Shown here one piece after another: positions 9,025-17,089 of a stretch of DNA of 64,000 nt. This DNA comes from an uncultured Planctomycetota bacterium (lineage in GTDB: Bacteria; Planctomycetota; Brocadiia; JAADGH01; CAYPFP01): contig CAYPFP010000010.1 of NCBI GenBank assembly GCA_964409935.1, positions 376 through 64,375 on the forward strand. The letters are read 5' to 3'. A program made the translations under genes and the position numbers. Position 1 is the first letter of the stretch. Each line of letters opens with the position of its first letter. A model generated the notes under the pieces. The model searched no databases and had not been told where the DNA came from. It saw only the letters and a program-made list of their open reading frames with translations.

Positions 9025-10029
9025 ATGTTCGGCAGACTGTGCGACGGCGTCACCAGGCTCCTGATTCTCTGGGTGCTCCTGGCCGCGGTGGGGGGATACA
9101 TCTTCCCCGCTTATCTAACGCTGCTGAAGCCCCACATGGAGTGGCTTTTCGCGCTCACGATGCTCGGAATCGGCCTGGTGCTCAGGCCGTCCGACTTCGC
9201 GCCGATCTTCACCAGGCCGCACCTGGTCCTGCTCGGCACGCTGGCGCAGTTCGCAATCATGCCGGCGCTGGGGTTCCTGGTGGCCAAGCTGTTGCGGCTG
9301 GAACCCAACCTGGCGCTCGGCGTGATCCTGTGCGGCGCGGCGCCCGCGGCCATGGCGAGCACGGTCATGTCCTACCTGGCCAAGGCCGACGTGGCCTACT
9401 CGGCCGCCCTGACCTGCGCGACGACGTTTCTGGCGCCCCTGCTCACGCCCGGGCTGACCTACCTCTTCGCGCACGCTATCGTCAAGATCGAGTTCTGGCC
9501 GATGTTTTTCAGCATCGTCAAGATGGTGATCCTGCCGCTGCTGGCGGGGCTGGGGATCAAACGGGTCCTGGGCGAACGCATTGACGGCGTCATCAAGATA
9601 TTCCCCGCCTTGTCCGCGTTATTCATCGCGCTCATCTGCGGTCTGGTGGTCGCCCTGAACAGGCAGAATCTTGCGCTGGTGAGTTTGATCGTGTTCGCGG
9701 CGGTGGCCCTCCACAGCGGGCTTGGGCTGTTCCTGGGGTACTGGGCAGGGGTCCTCTACCGCTTCGACCGCAAACGCCGGCGCACGCTGGCCTTCGAGGT
9801 GGGCATGCAGAACGCGGGGCTGGGCGCCGTGCTGGCCGTCAAGCATTTCTCGCCGGAAGCCGCCCTCCCCAACGCCGTTTTCGCCATCTGGTGCCTGCTC
9901 GTCACGTCGGTCCTGGCGGAGTTCTGGTCCAGGCGGCCGGTCGCCGATGTCCCCCCGCCGAACGCCGGCGAGAACCTTGCCTCGTCTTCCGCCGTCGCCG
10001 CGCGGGCGCATGATCCGGATCCGCGATGA
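9025..10029 (+). CDS. Bile acid:sodium symporter (BASS) family transporter
   Basis: Polytopic hydrophobic protein with the family signature region EVGMQNAGLGAVLA. AGAGGAGAG RBS. Confidence 0.88.
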   Translation: MFGRLCDGVTRLLILWVLLAAVGGYIFPAYLTLLKPHMEWLFALTMLGIGLVLRPSDFAPIFTRPHLVLLGTLAQFAIMPALGFLVAKLLRLEPNLALGVILCGAAPAAMASTVMSYLAKADVAYSAALTCATTFLAPLLTPGLTYLFAHAIVKIEFWPMFFSIVKMVILPLLAGLGIKRVLGERIDGVIKIFPALSALFIALICGLVVALNRQNLALVSLIVFAAVALHSGLGLFLGYWAGVLYRFDRKRRRTLAFEVGMQNAGLGAVLAVKHFSPEAALPNAVFAIWCLLVTSVLAEFWSRRPVADVPPPNAGENLASSSAVAARAHDPDPR

Positions 10030-10073
10030 CGGGCCGTCGCCCATTGCCGTGCGCCGCATAGGAGGGTCTCAAC

Positions 10074-13000
10074 ATGGTCGCAGGGCGCGAGCTTCCAGGC
10101 GCAAAGACGCTCCTTCTCCTGCTGGCGACGGCCTTTGCGCCCGCGCTGGGCGCCGCCGAACTGCCGGGCATCATGTTCCACGCCGAGCGCTTTTCCAGCA
10201 ACGCGCCGGTCGTTCAGGATGAAACGGCCTACGGCGGCAAGGCCGTTCGCGGGACGCGCTGGTACTTTTTCTGCCGCGACGTGCCGTTCCCCCAGGGCGA
10301 CGGCGAGTACCACGTCTACGTCCGCGCCAAGAGCGAGGGCGCGGACAATCCCATTCACCTGGGAACCTTCCAGCAGGAGAAGCTGAAGATCGTGGCGGCG
10401 CTCCCGCCTCCGCCGCCCGGCAAGTGGACCTGGGTGAGATTTGCGCCCCTCAGCGCCGGGGCGGTGGGTTCGCGGTTCGCCATGCACGGCGGCGGGCAGA
10501 ATCATTCTCAATGGACCATGCTGGACGGCATCGTGATTGCGCGAAGCCCGTCGCTCTCTCCGGAGACGCTCGACCAGGCCATGCGCGCGACACCCGAACC
10601 CGCAGGCATCCTGGCCGCCCCGCGCCTGGCCGCCCCGCCCGTCATTGACGGCCTCCTGGACGATGCCTGCTACGCTCAGGCCCCCGAAGCATTTCCGTTC
10701 GCGCGCCTCGGACAGCCGCGCTTTGCGGCGGCGCAGACGCGCGTCTCGGCCCTGTGGGACGACACAAACCTGTACATCGCCGCGCAACTGCACGACCCCG
10801 TCCTCGACCCCGCCGGCAATCGCCTGGGCGACTTCCGCAAGACCGTCGCCCAGCACGACGGGCCGGTGTGGAACGACGACTGCATCGAGGTCTTCATTGA
10901 TCCGACCTGCGAGGGGCGGGACTACTATCAGTTCGTGGTGAACGCCCTGGGCACGATCTACGACGCGCGCGGACAGGACGCGCGGTTCGAGAGCGGCGCC
11001 GTCGCCGCGGCGCGCGTGGGCGAAGGCCGCTGGACGATGGAGCTTGCCGTTCCCCTTAAGTCCCTGGGCATCCGCGCGCCGTCGAAAGGCGTCGTCCTGG
11101 GCGTCAACTTCGCGCGGGAACGGTACGGCGAAAAGGAACTCTCCTCCTGGTCGCCCTTGACGCGCTTCGCGGAGCCGGAGGGCTTTGGCCGCGTGGTCCT
11201 TGTCGAGGCCGCGCCGGCCGCCGGTCTTCGCGTGGACAAGTGCGACCTGTTCCGTTTCGGTGAAAACGTCGTCTCTTTCACGGCAGGGGCAAAGGCCGCG
11301 ATCACGGCCTTTGCGGAGGCGCGCATCGAGCGCCAGAAGCCCGTTCGTTCTTTCGCTTCGGGACCGTCGCCCTTGGAACTGAAATATACGCTCGCGGAGT
11401 CCGGTCGCGCGGTCTCGCAGTTTCTTGTGATGGACAACGCGGGCGGGATGCCGCTCTACCGCTCGCCGCAGTACGCCGGCGAGGTCGCGGGCACGTCGGC
11501 GCAGATCGCGTTGAAGAGCGACGGCGGCATCGAGGTGTTCTGCAACGGCGAAGCCGTGTCGGCGCCCTCAGACAGAGAGGCGCGGGCCGGCGTGCCGCTG
11601 GTGGATGGATTGAACGCCCTGGCCGTAAGGTGTTCCGGGGCGACGCTCGCGGGGGTGGTTCGAGCGGGCGCGTTTGAGTATCCGGTGGACGCAACCTGGC
11701 GCTGGACGGCCGAGGCCTCAGCCGTCTCAAAGGACCTCGATCTTGACACGCTCCAAAAGGTCGCCGTCGAAGGAGACGGGATCCGCGCTCCCGCGTCCGG
11801 CGGGGTCTTCCGGAAGTCCCTCGCCATGAACGTCACCCGCGCGTGGCCGAACTACGGCGAAGCGATGTATCTGGCCCAGGGCGCGGCCCAGTGGTTTCAC
11901 CTGCGGCTCAAGGGAATACGCGGCCTGCCGGCGGCCCGGAAGCCCGTCATCGTCGTGGACGTCCCCGAGGGTATCGAACTGGTTGACGGCGCGGGGTTCT
12001 ACGGCAAGAAGCGCAAAGAACAACCGAGATTCACGCGCGAGCCGCGCGGGCGGGCGACCGTCGGTAACGAGACGTTCGAGCGGACCGCTTTCCGTTCGGA
12101 CCTCCCGATGCGGACGACCGAGCGCGTCGGCGTGCTGAATCTTTTCAGCGTCGTCGTCCGCGTGCGCGAAGACGGGCCGTTGAAGCCCGGCGGCGAGGCG
12201 CGCCTCTTCTACCATCTGGAGGACTGCGACGGGGCCGTCGTCGAGCCTCCGCGCGCGCTGGCCGTCCGGATCGCCGAACCCTTGCGGGGCGTTCAGCCGA
12301 AACACGTCACGTTGCAGTGCTGGCCGGGCTGGCTGTCCACTTACGACGGCGACGCCGGAATGGACGCCCTGCTTCAGACCATTGCGCGGGCGGGTTTCAA
12401 CGACGTGACGCTGGGCGCCGACGCCGCGGCCGCTCACCGCCATCGCCTGCGCACGACCGCGCTTATCGGCTTCGAGTCGTGGATACTCGACCTTGCTCCC
12501 TACGTCAAGGAGCATCCCGGCGAGGCGCTGCTGGACGCCAACGGAAAGCCCGCCGCCCGGTTCGTCTGCACGACGCGGCTTCTCGGCCCGGCGTGGGACG
12601 GCTTTGTGGACTCGGCGATCGCCGCCTGGCTGGACCGCGTCGCGCCGGACCACGTGAACTGGGATTACGAGTCCTCCGCCTTCACGGGGTACCTGGTGTG
12701 TTACGACGAGCGGTGTCTCGAAGCGTTCCGGAAGTTCGCGAAGCTTCCCGACAACGCGCCGTTGACGCCCGACGTCGTCAGGAAGGAGCACAAGGAGACC
12801 TGGCTGGACTTCATGGCCGGCCGTTCGAGCGAGGTCGCGCGCCGGTTCGCCGAATCCATCCGGAAACATCGGCCGGCCGCGATCTTCTCCATGTACAGCG
12901 GCTACCAGTCCTCGGAGACGAAGGAGATATACAACGTGGACTGGCGCCTGTGCGCGCCCCACCTCGACCTCGTGATGTGCGGTTACGGACGGCGCGAGGA

Positions 13001-13526
13001 CGAGGTCGCCGCCACGCGCAAGGCCGCCGGCAGCACGCCGTGCGTCTTCGGCTCTATCACGCACCCCTATGAATTTGACGACGACAGCGCGACCAGCGTC
13101 ATCACGGCGGCCGAAGTCCTGCGGCGGCTGTGCGACGCCGTCGCTTCGCCCGTTGCGCCAGGCTCGCGCAGGGCGATGCCCGGCGGGGTCTTGTTCTACT
13201 GCCTGTCCAACGCGGACGCCAGGACGCTTCTGTCCTTCGCCAAGGCGAGCCGCGTGGCGGCCGAGTGCGAGGAATTTTTTGTTCGCGGGGCCGCGGACCG
13301 GTCCGGATTCAGGATTATCAGCGGAAAGGACAGCGACGCGTACGTCTTCTCGCTGGGCGCGCGCAAGCTCCTGTGTCTGCTCAACGAGACCGGCAAACCG
13401 GCGCGTTTCGAGGTCGAATGCCCCGCCGCTGCGAAAGATTTCTTCTCGAAGGCGCCGGTTCAAGACCCGCGTCTTTGCGCGGACATCCCCGGCGGGGACA
13501 TCATGGTCTACCTGTTCGGCGACTGA
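10074..13526 (+). CDS. Very large secreted protein with a CBM9/DOMON-like carbohydrate-binding module
   Basis: Signal peptide ..LLLLATAFAPALGAAE. PPVIDGLLDDACYAQAPE..ALWDDTNLYIAAQLHDP..NDDCIEVFIDP..DYYQFVVNALGTIYD matches the family-9 CBM-like pattern. The remaining roughly 800 aa are unassigned. Confidence 0.8.
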   Translation: MVAGRELPGAKTLLLLLATAFAPALGAAELPGIMFHAERFSSNAPVVQDETAYGGKAVRGTRWYFFCRDVPFPQGDGEYHVYVRAKSEGADNPIHLGTFQQEKLKIVAALPPPPPGKWTWVRFAPLSAGAVGSRFAMHGGGQNHSQWTMLDGIVIARSPSLSPETLDQAMRATPEPAGILAAPRLAAPPVIDGLLDDACYAQAPEAFPFARLGQPRFAAAQTRVSALWDDTNLYIAAQLHDPVLDPAGNRLGDFRKTVAQHDGPVWNDDCIEVFIDPTCEGRDYYQFVVNALGTIYDARGQDARFESGAVAAARVGEGRWTMELAVPLKSLGIRAPSKGVVLGVNFARERYGEKELSSWSPLTRFAEPEGFGRVVLVEAAPAAGLRVDKCDLFRFGENVVSFTAGAKAAITAFAEARIERQKPVRSFASGPSPLELKYTLAESGRAVSQFLVMDNAGGMPLYRSPQYAGEVAGTSAQIALKSDGGIEVFCNGEAVSAPSDREARAGVPLVDGLNALAVRCSGATLAGVVRAGAFEYPVDATWRWTAEASAVSKDLDLDTLQKVAVEGDGIRAPASGGVFRKSLAMNVTRAWPNYGEAMYLAQGAAQWFHLRLKGIRGLPAARKPVIVVDVPEGIELVDGAGFYGKKRKEQPRFTREPRGRATVGNETFERTAFRSDLPMRTTERVGVLNLFSVVVRVREDGPLKPGGEARLFYHLEDCDGAVVEPPRALAVRIAEPLRGVQPKHVTLQCWPGWLSTYDGDAGMDALLQTIARAGFNDVTLGADAAAAHRHRLRTTALIGFESWILDLAPYVKEHPGEALLDANGKPAARFVCTTRLLGPAWDGFVDSAIAAWLDRVAPDHVNWDYESSAFTGYLVCYDERCLEAFRKFAKLPDNAPLTPDVVRKEHKETWLDFMAGRSSEVARRFAESIRKHRPAAIFSMYSGYQSSETKEIYNVDWRLCAPHLDLVMCGYGRREDEVAATRKAAGSTPCVFGSITHPYEFDDDSATSVITAAEVLRRLCDAVASPVAPGSRRAMPGGVLFYCLSNADARTLLSFAKASRVAAECEEFFVRGAADRSGFRIISGKDSDAYVFSLGARKLLCLLNETGKPARFEVECPAAAKDFFSKAPVQDPRLCADIPGGDIMVYLFGD

Positions 13527-13561
13527 GGCGGCGCCCGAAGTCCGGCAGGCCTGCCCGCGCT

Positions 13562-15055
13562 TCAGCGACGGAAGGCGAAAGAGTAAAGGCGGGCGCCTCT
13601 GAGCGTGAAGCGCAGGGCTATGGCGGCGTTGGCGTGGCCGGCCAGGTCCACCGGACTCTCCCACTGAACCTCATGGCGCAACTCGTCTCCCGCAAACGGC
13701 CTGGACCTCGCGACGGGCCGGCCTTCGGCGTTCAGAATCTCGACGCCGAGGAACCCGTCGGCCCTTGTGGCGGCGTTGACCTCGAGGCGGCCGCCCGCGA
13801 AGGCGAGCGGAACGGTGGTCAGAACGCCGTCGGGCGGCTGCGCGCCCGACGCCCCGCCCCAGCCGCCGTCGGCCGACACGAAGCGGTCGAGCTTCCAGGA
13901 GGCCAGGCCGATGCTGGCGGTGTAGCGCGTGAGGCGGCCCTCCTCCAGCTTCTGACAGGGATTGCCGTGGCCGAAGTTGGCGGCGGCGTAGTAGAGCCAT
14001 ATCTCGTCCCCGACGCGCACGGCCTCGTTCGAGGTCCAGAAAAAGCCGCCGTCCCATTCGTCCGGCTTGCCGCGCGGGATGACGGGCCGGCGGAACGGGC
14101 GCTCCCATTTCTCAAGGTCGCGCGAGACGGCGAGCTGCACCTCTGCGGGACCCTCGTGCGTGCCGATGCTGCTGGTGGCGTTGATGCTCAACATCCAGGG
14201 AAACGCGATGACGCAGCTCTCGTGCGGATAGACGCCGACGCCGTAGAATTCGGTGCGCATGAGCTTCGCGTTGTCGGGGGCGGCCAGAATCGGGCGCGCC
14301 TCCTCGATGCGGGCGAGGGTGCCGGCGTCGTCGAGTTCGTCGGGAACGAACGCCGGCTTGGGGTCGGACCACTCGACGAAGTCCTTGCTGACGATGGTGT
14401 AGAAGCATCGCCGGTTGAAGCCGCGCACCTGCGTCATGATCTTGGGAAATGCGACGTAGAGTTTTCGGCGGCGGTCATAGTAGCCGGTGATGACGTCGCC
14501 GTTGGTGCAGATGGTTTTCTGCGTGCTGAAAAGGGCGATCTGCCTTCCGTCGGGCGAGACGCTGGTGTTGTAGCCCGATCGCACGGTCGGCGGGTAGCCG
14601 GGGGTGTTGACGCCCGGGGCGTTGGGGCACCAGGCGATGATCTTGTAACGCCGCGCCGGGTCGGGATCCGCCTCGTCCTTGATCACGCTGACGAACATGT
14701 ATCCCCGCCAGAACGTTTCGGGGTCCTTGCGCCACTGCAGGCCGTCCTTGCTCTCGGCGTACAGGGTGCCGTTGCCGCCGAGGTACCACATCTTGAAGAG
14801 CTTTTCCCGCTCGTCATACATCACCGAACCGCACAGGGCAAGGCGCCAGCCGTCGAGTTTGCGATCCGCTTTCACGAGGGGGTTCTGCGGGTGCTTTCGG
14901 GCGGGGTGGAGCGTGAAGGAGACGTTCTCGGCGGACCGCACCACGGCGCGGTCTACAAAGAGTTGCGCTCGACTGCCCACATCGAAGACATCCGCCGCCT
15001 GGGCGAAGATTGAGGTGAGCATCATGATGGCCGGGGCACTCCAAAAAACACGCAT
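13562..15055 (-). CDS. Secreted five-bladed beta-propeller glycosidase-like protein (GH32/43/130-type fold, tentative)
   Basis: I set the start at ATG 15055 (GAGGGAA 7 nt upstream); the track start 15070 is a GTG. Signal peptide MRVFWSAPAIMMLTSIFAQAADV. Propeller-type strands recur: LFKMWYLG, KLYVAFP, EIWLYYAAA. Confidence 0.8.
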   Translation of the reverse strand: MRVFWSAPAIMMLTSIFAQAADVFDVGSRAQLFVDRAVVRSAENVSFTLHPARKHPQNPLVKADRKLDGWRLALCGSVMYDEREKLFKMWYLGGNGTLYAESKDGLQWRKDPETFWRGYMFVSVIKDEADPDPARRYKIIAWCPNAPGVNTPGYPPTVRSGYNTSVSPDGRQIALFSTQKTICTNGDVITGYYDRRRKLYVAFPKIMTQVRGFNRRCFYTIVSKDFVEWSDPKPAFVPDELDDAGTLARIEEARPILAAPDNAKLMRTEFYGVGVYPHESCVIAFPWMLSINATSSIGTHEGPAEVQLAVSRDLEKWERPFRRPVIPRGKPDEWDGGFFWTSNEAVRVGDEIWLYYAAANFGHGNPCQKLEEGRLTRYTASIGLASWKLDRFVSADGGWGGASGAQPPDGVLTTVPLAFAGGRLEVNAATRADGFLGVEILNAEGRPVARSRPFAGDELRHEVQWESPVDLAGHANAAIALRFTLRGARLYSFAFRR

Positions 15056-15066
15056 GACCTGTTCCC

Positions 15067-15155
15067 TCACTTGGGTGCTTCCACATTGTACTCCAGGATG
15101 ACGCCGACGGCCTCGGCAAGCCGGTCGTGGAGGAGCCTGAAGGCTTCGGGGGCCG
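15067..15155 (-). pseudogene. Orphan 3'-end fragment of the Zn-dehydrogenase gene at 16016..16999
   Basis: It encodes ..APEAFRLLHDRLAEAVGVILEYNVEAPK*. The intact gene ends ..APEAFRLLHDRLAEAVGVILEYEATS*. No dehydrogenase body lies upstream of this fragment. Confidence 0.8.
15092..15155. repeat. Left copy of a perfect 64-bp direct repeat
   Basis: tccaggatgacgccgacggcctcggcaagccggtcgtggaggagcctgaaggcttcgggggccg is identical to 16035..16098. Weaker homology continues about 20 bp to the left, with a 6-bp indel. Confidence 0.95.
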
Positions 15156-15166
15156 GAGGACAGGGG

Positions 15167-15200
15167 GAGATGGCGGGGAAACGCAAACCCATGCCATCTC
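15167..15200. repeat. Inverted repeat at the cassette end
   Basis: gagatggc - 18 nt - gccatctc lies between the small-ORF stop and the left direct repeat. It could be a terminator or a recombination site. Confidence 0.4.
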
Positions 15201-15211
15201 GTCTGAAACCA

Positions 15212-15388
15212 TCATGAGACAGGTTTGCTGCTGCGGCAGACCAAGTCTTCTTTCCGAACAAGTCGTCCGCGATGCGCGCGCTCCTTTCGCTGCAGGCGTT
15301 TCACGATCTTGCGAATATCATATGAACACTCTTTTGCGATCTGCCGGCGGATCGCATGAATTTCCTCAACGATCGGATCTTTCCACAT
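15212..15388 (-). CDS. Small basic protein (58 aa), putative partner of the PIN toxin
   Basis: My own translation: MWKDPIVEEIHAIRRQIAKECSYDIRKIVKRLQRKERAHRGRLVRKEDLVCRSSKPVS*. AAGGAG lies 6 nt upstream of the ATG and overlaps the PIN stop codon. The ORF is too short to appear in the track. Confidence 0.6.
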   Translation of the reverse strand: MWKDPIVEEIHAIRRQIAKECSYDIRKIVKRLQRKERAHRGRLVRKEDLVCRSSKPVS

Positions 15389-15398
15389 AATCGGCTCC

Positions 15399-15881
15399 TT
15401 ACGGGACGTCCAGGAGTTCCTCCGGGGTCACGATAATCGGCGTCCACCGCCCTATTTCCTGATTCAGGGTCTGCAACCGGCGAATCACGACTCCATTCGC
15501 CAGATGGGCGCAGTTCCATGTCAGGAGATAGTCCATCTCGTAGACTGCCGCGCAGGCCAGATGAATCGTGTCTAGTCTGGCCTTCTCGGGCAAGCCCAAC
15601 CCGTGGGCATAGCGCTCCGCCAACAGGGCGACTTCCTCCGTGATGGCCAGAAGCGGGATGCCCTCGACGAACGGCATCCGCCTGGCGGCGCCCGCGCGAT
15701 CGCCGGCGCTGATCTCCTCGATCACGGCTTCGGAAATATAAAGCGCAAAACCAGGCCGCACGTCCCGCCACCAGACATGCGTGACCTGTTGATGGGCCGC
15801 GACGATCAGGTCTCGACTGGGATTGGCCGCAAGGTAACTTGGGATCGTTGACTCAAGATATAGACGGAATTTGGCTGGCAT
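15399..15881 (-). CDS. PIN-domain (VapC-like) putative toxin
   Basis: This is the last 160 codons of track ORF 15399..17090, starting at ATG 15881: MPAKFRLYLESTIPSYL.., ..ISEAVIEEI.., ..RLDTIHLACAAVYEMDYLLTWNCAHLAN.. The spacing of acidic residues and the W-N-x-x-H-(I/L)-x-N motif match a PIN subfamily. Confidence 0.7.
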   Translation of the reverse strand: MPAKFRLYLESTIPSYLAANPSRDLIVAAHQQVTHVWWRDVRPGFALYISEAVIEEISAGDRAGAARRMPFVEGIPLLAITEEVALLAERYAHGLGLPEKARLDTIHLACAAVYEMDYLLTWNCAHLANGVVIRRLQTLNQEIGRWTPIIVTPEELLDVP

Positions 15882-15937
15882 TGCCGGGTCCGCCCACAAA
15901 CTCGCGCAGATTATCGTGAAGCCCTGCCTAACTGCGG

Positions 15938-15967
15938 ATGATATCAAACCGGGGAGCCACACGTCAA
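15938..15967 (-). promoter_or_regulatory. Candidate promoter internal to the cassette
   Basis: Minus strand: TTGACG - 18 nt - TATCAT, about 57 nt upstream of the PIN ATG. Confidence 0.4.
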
Positions 15968-16015
15968 CGAGCATGTTTTTCTGAACAGGGGCCGCCTTGA
16001 ATCGAGAGCCCGGCG

Positions 16016-16999
16016 CTACGAGGTTGCTTCGTATTCCAGGATGACGCCGACGGCCTCGGCAAGCCGGTCGTGGAGGAGCCTGAAGGCTTCGGGGGCCGCG
16101 CATAGCGGGAAGCGGTGCGTGATCATCTCGGCGACGCGCACGCGCCCGTCGAGCATCATGGCCACGGCGGCCTGCAGAAGCTCGGCGCGTCTCTCGGGGC
16201 AGCGGATGCCGCCGACGATGAGCTTGCCCTGCGACTTCGAGGCGTCGAGGGGCAGCGGCGATTCCTGGTACAGGCCGACGACCTGGATGACGCCTTTGGC
16301 CTTGACCATGTCCTGCGCCTGCGCGAAGGATTTCACGCCGGCGGGGCCGCCCACGCAGTCCATGACGACGTCGGCGCCCTTGCCGCCGGTGGAGGCCTTG
16401 ACCGCCTTGACGGGTTCTTCCCCGGAGACGTTCACAACAAGGTCGGCGCCGAGCCGCTGCGCGAGGGCGCACCGCATGTCCAGAGCATCCACGGCGATGA
16501 CCTTTCCCGGCTTCATCTCGCGCACGGTCTGGAGGCACAGGAGTCCCACGAGTCCCTGGCCGAGGACGACGACGGTATCGCCGGGCTGTATCTGGGCGCT
16601 GCGTGCCCAGCCGACGGCGCTGGTGGCCAGGGGGATGAAGACGGCGTGGTCGTCGCTGACGGCGTCGGGCAGCTTGGCGTACGCGGCGCCGTCGAGCCAG
16701 TCCCTCTTGCCCACGCCGTACTCGGCATGGGGGGCGACGACCATGGCGCGGTCGCCCACGGCAATGTTGGGGACGTCCTTGCCAGCGGCTTCGACGACGC
16801 CGGCGGCGGAGTACCCCATGATGGAGGGGTCCACGGCGGTTGTCTTGCGGTATCGGCCGCCGATCTCCGAGCCGCGGCTGATGAGCGAGCGGCGGATGCG
16901 CACGAGGATCTCGCGATCGGTGATCTGCGGGATATCGGCCTCCTCGACGACGACGTTGCCGAAGCCTTCGCGTTTGGCCACACGCTTCATTTTTTGCAT
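16016..16999 (-). CDS. Medium-chain Zn-dependent alcohol/polyol dehydrogenase (MDR family)
   Basis: This is the last 327 codons of track ORF 16016..18892, from ATG 16999: MQKMKRVAK..ILVRIRRSLISRGSE.., Rossmann motif VVVLGQGLVGL. Confidence 0.88.
   Translation of the reverse strand: MQKMKRVAKREGFGNVVVEEADIPQITDREILVRIRRSLISRGSEIGGRYRKTTAVDPSIMGYSAAGVVEAAGKDVPNIAVGDRAMVVAPHAEYGVGKRDWLDGAAYAKLPDAVSDDHAVFIPLATSAVGWARSAQIQPGDTVVVLGQGLVGLLCLQTVREMKPGKVIAVDALDMRCALAQRLGADLVVNVSGEEPVKAVKASTGGKGADVVMDCVGGPAGVKSFAQAQDMVKAKGVIQVVGLYQESPLPLDASKSQGKLIVGGIRCPERRAELLQAAVAMMLDGRVRVAEMITHRFPLCAAPEAFRLLHDRLAEAVGVILEYEATS
16035..16098. repeat. Right copy of the perfect 64-bp direct repeat (inside the dehydrogenase 3' end)
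   Basis: Identical to 15092..15155. Confidence 0.95.
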
Positions 17000-17089
17000 G
17001 GGCAACTCCAGGTTGTTTTTGGGATGCCGTGAGTATACCATAAATAAGGATCGTCGCGTTGAGGCATTCGACGGGTGCGGGAACGAACA

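Noticed and set aside
11727-13664. 645-aa minus-strand ORF
   Set aside because: Antisense shadow of the 1150-aa CBM9-like gene, with no motifs and R/G/P-rich composition. The same reasoning applies to 9756..10856 and 13130..15013.
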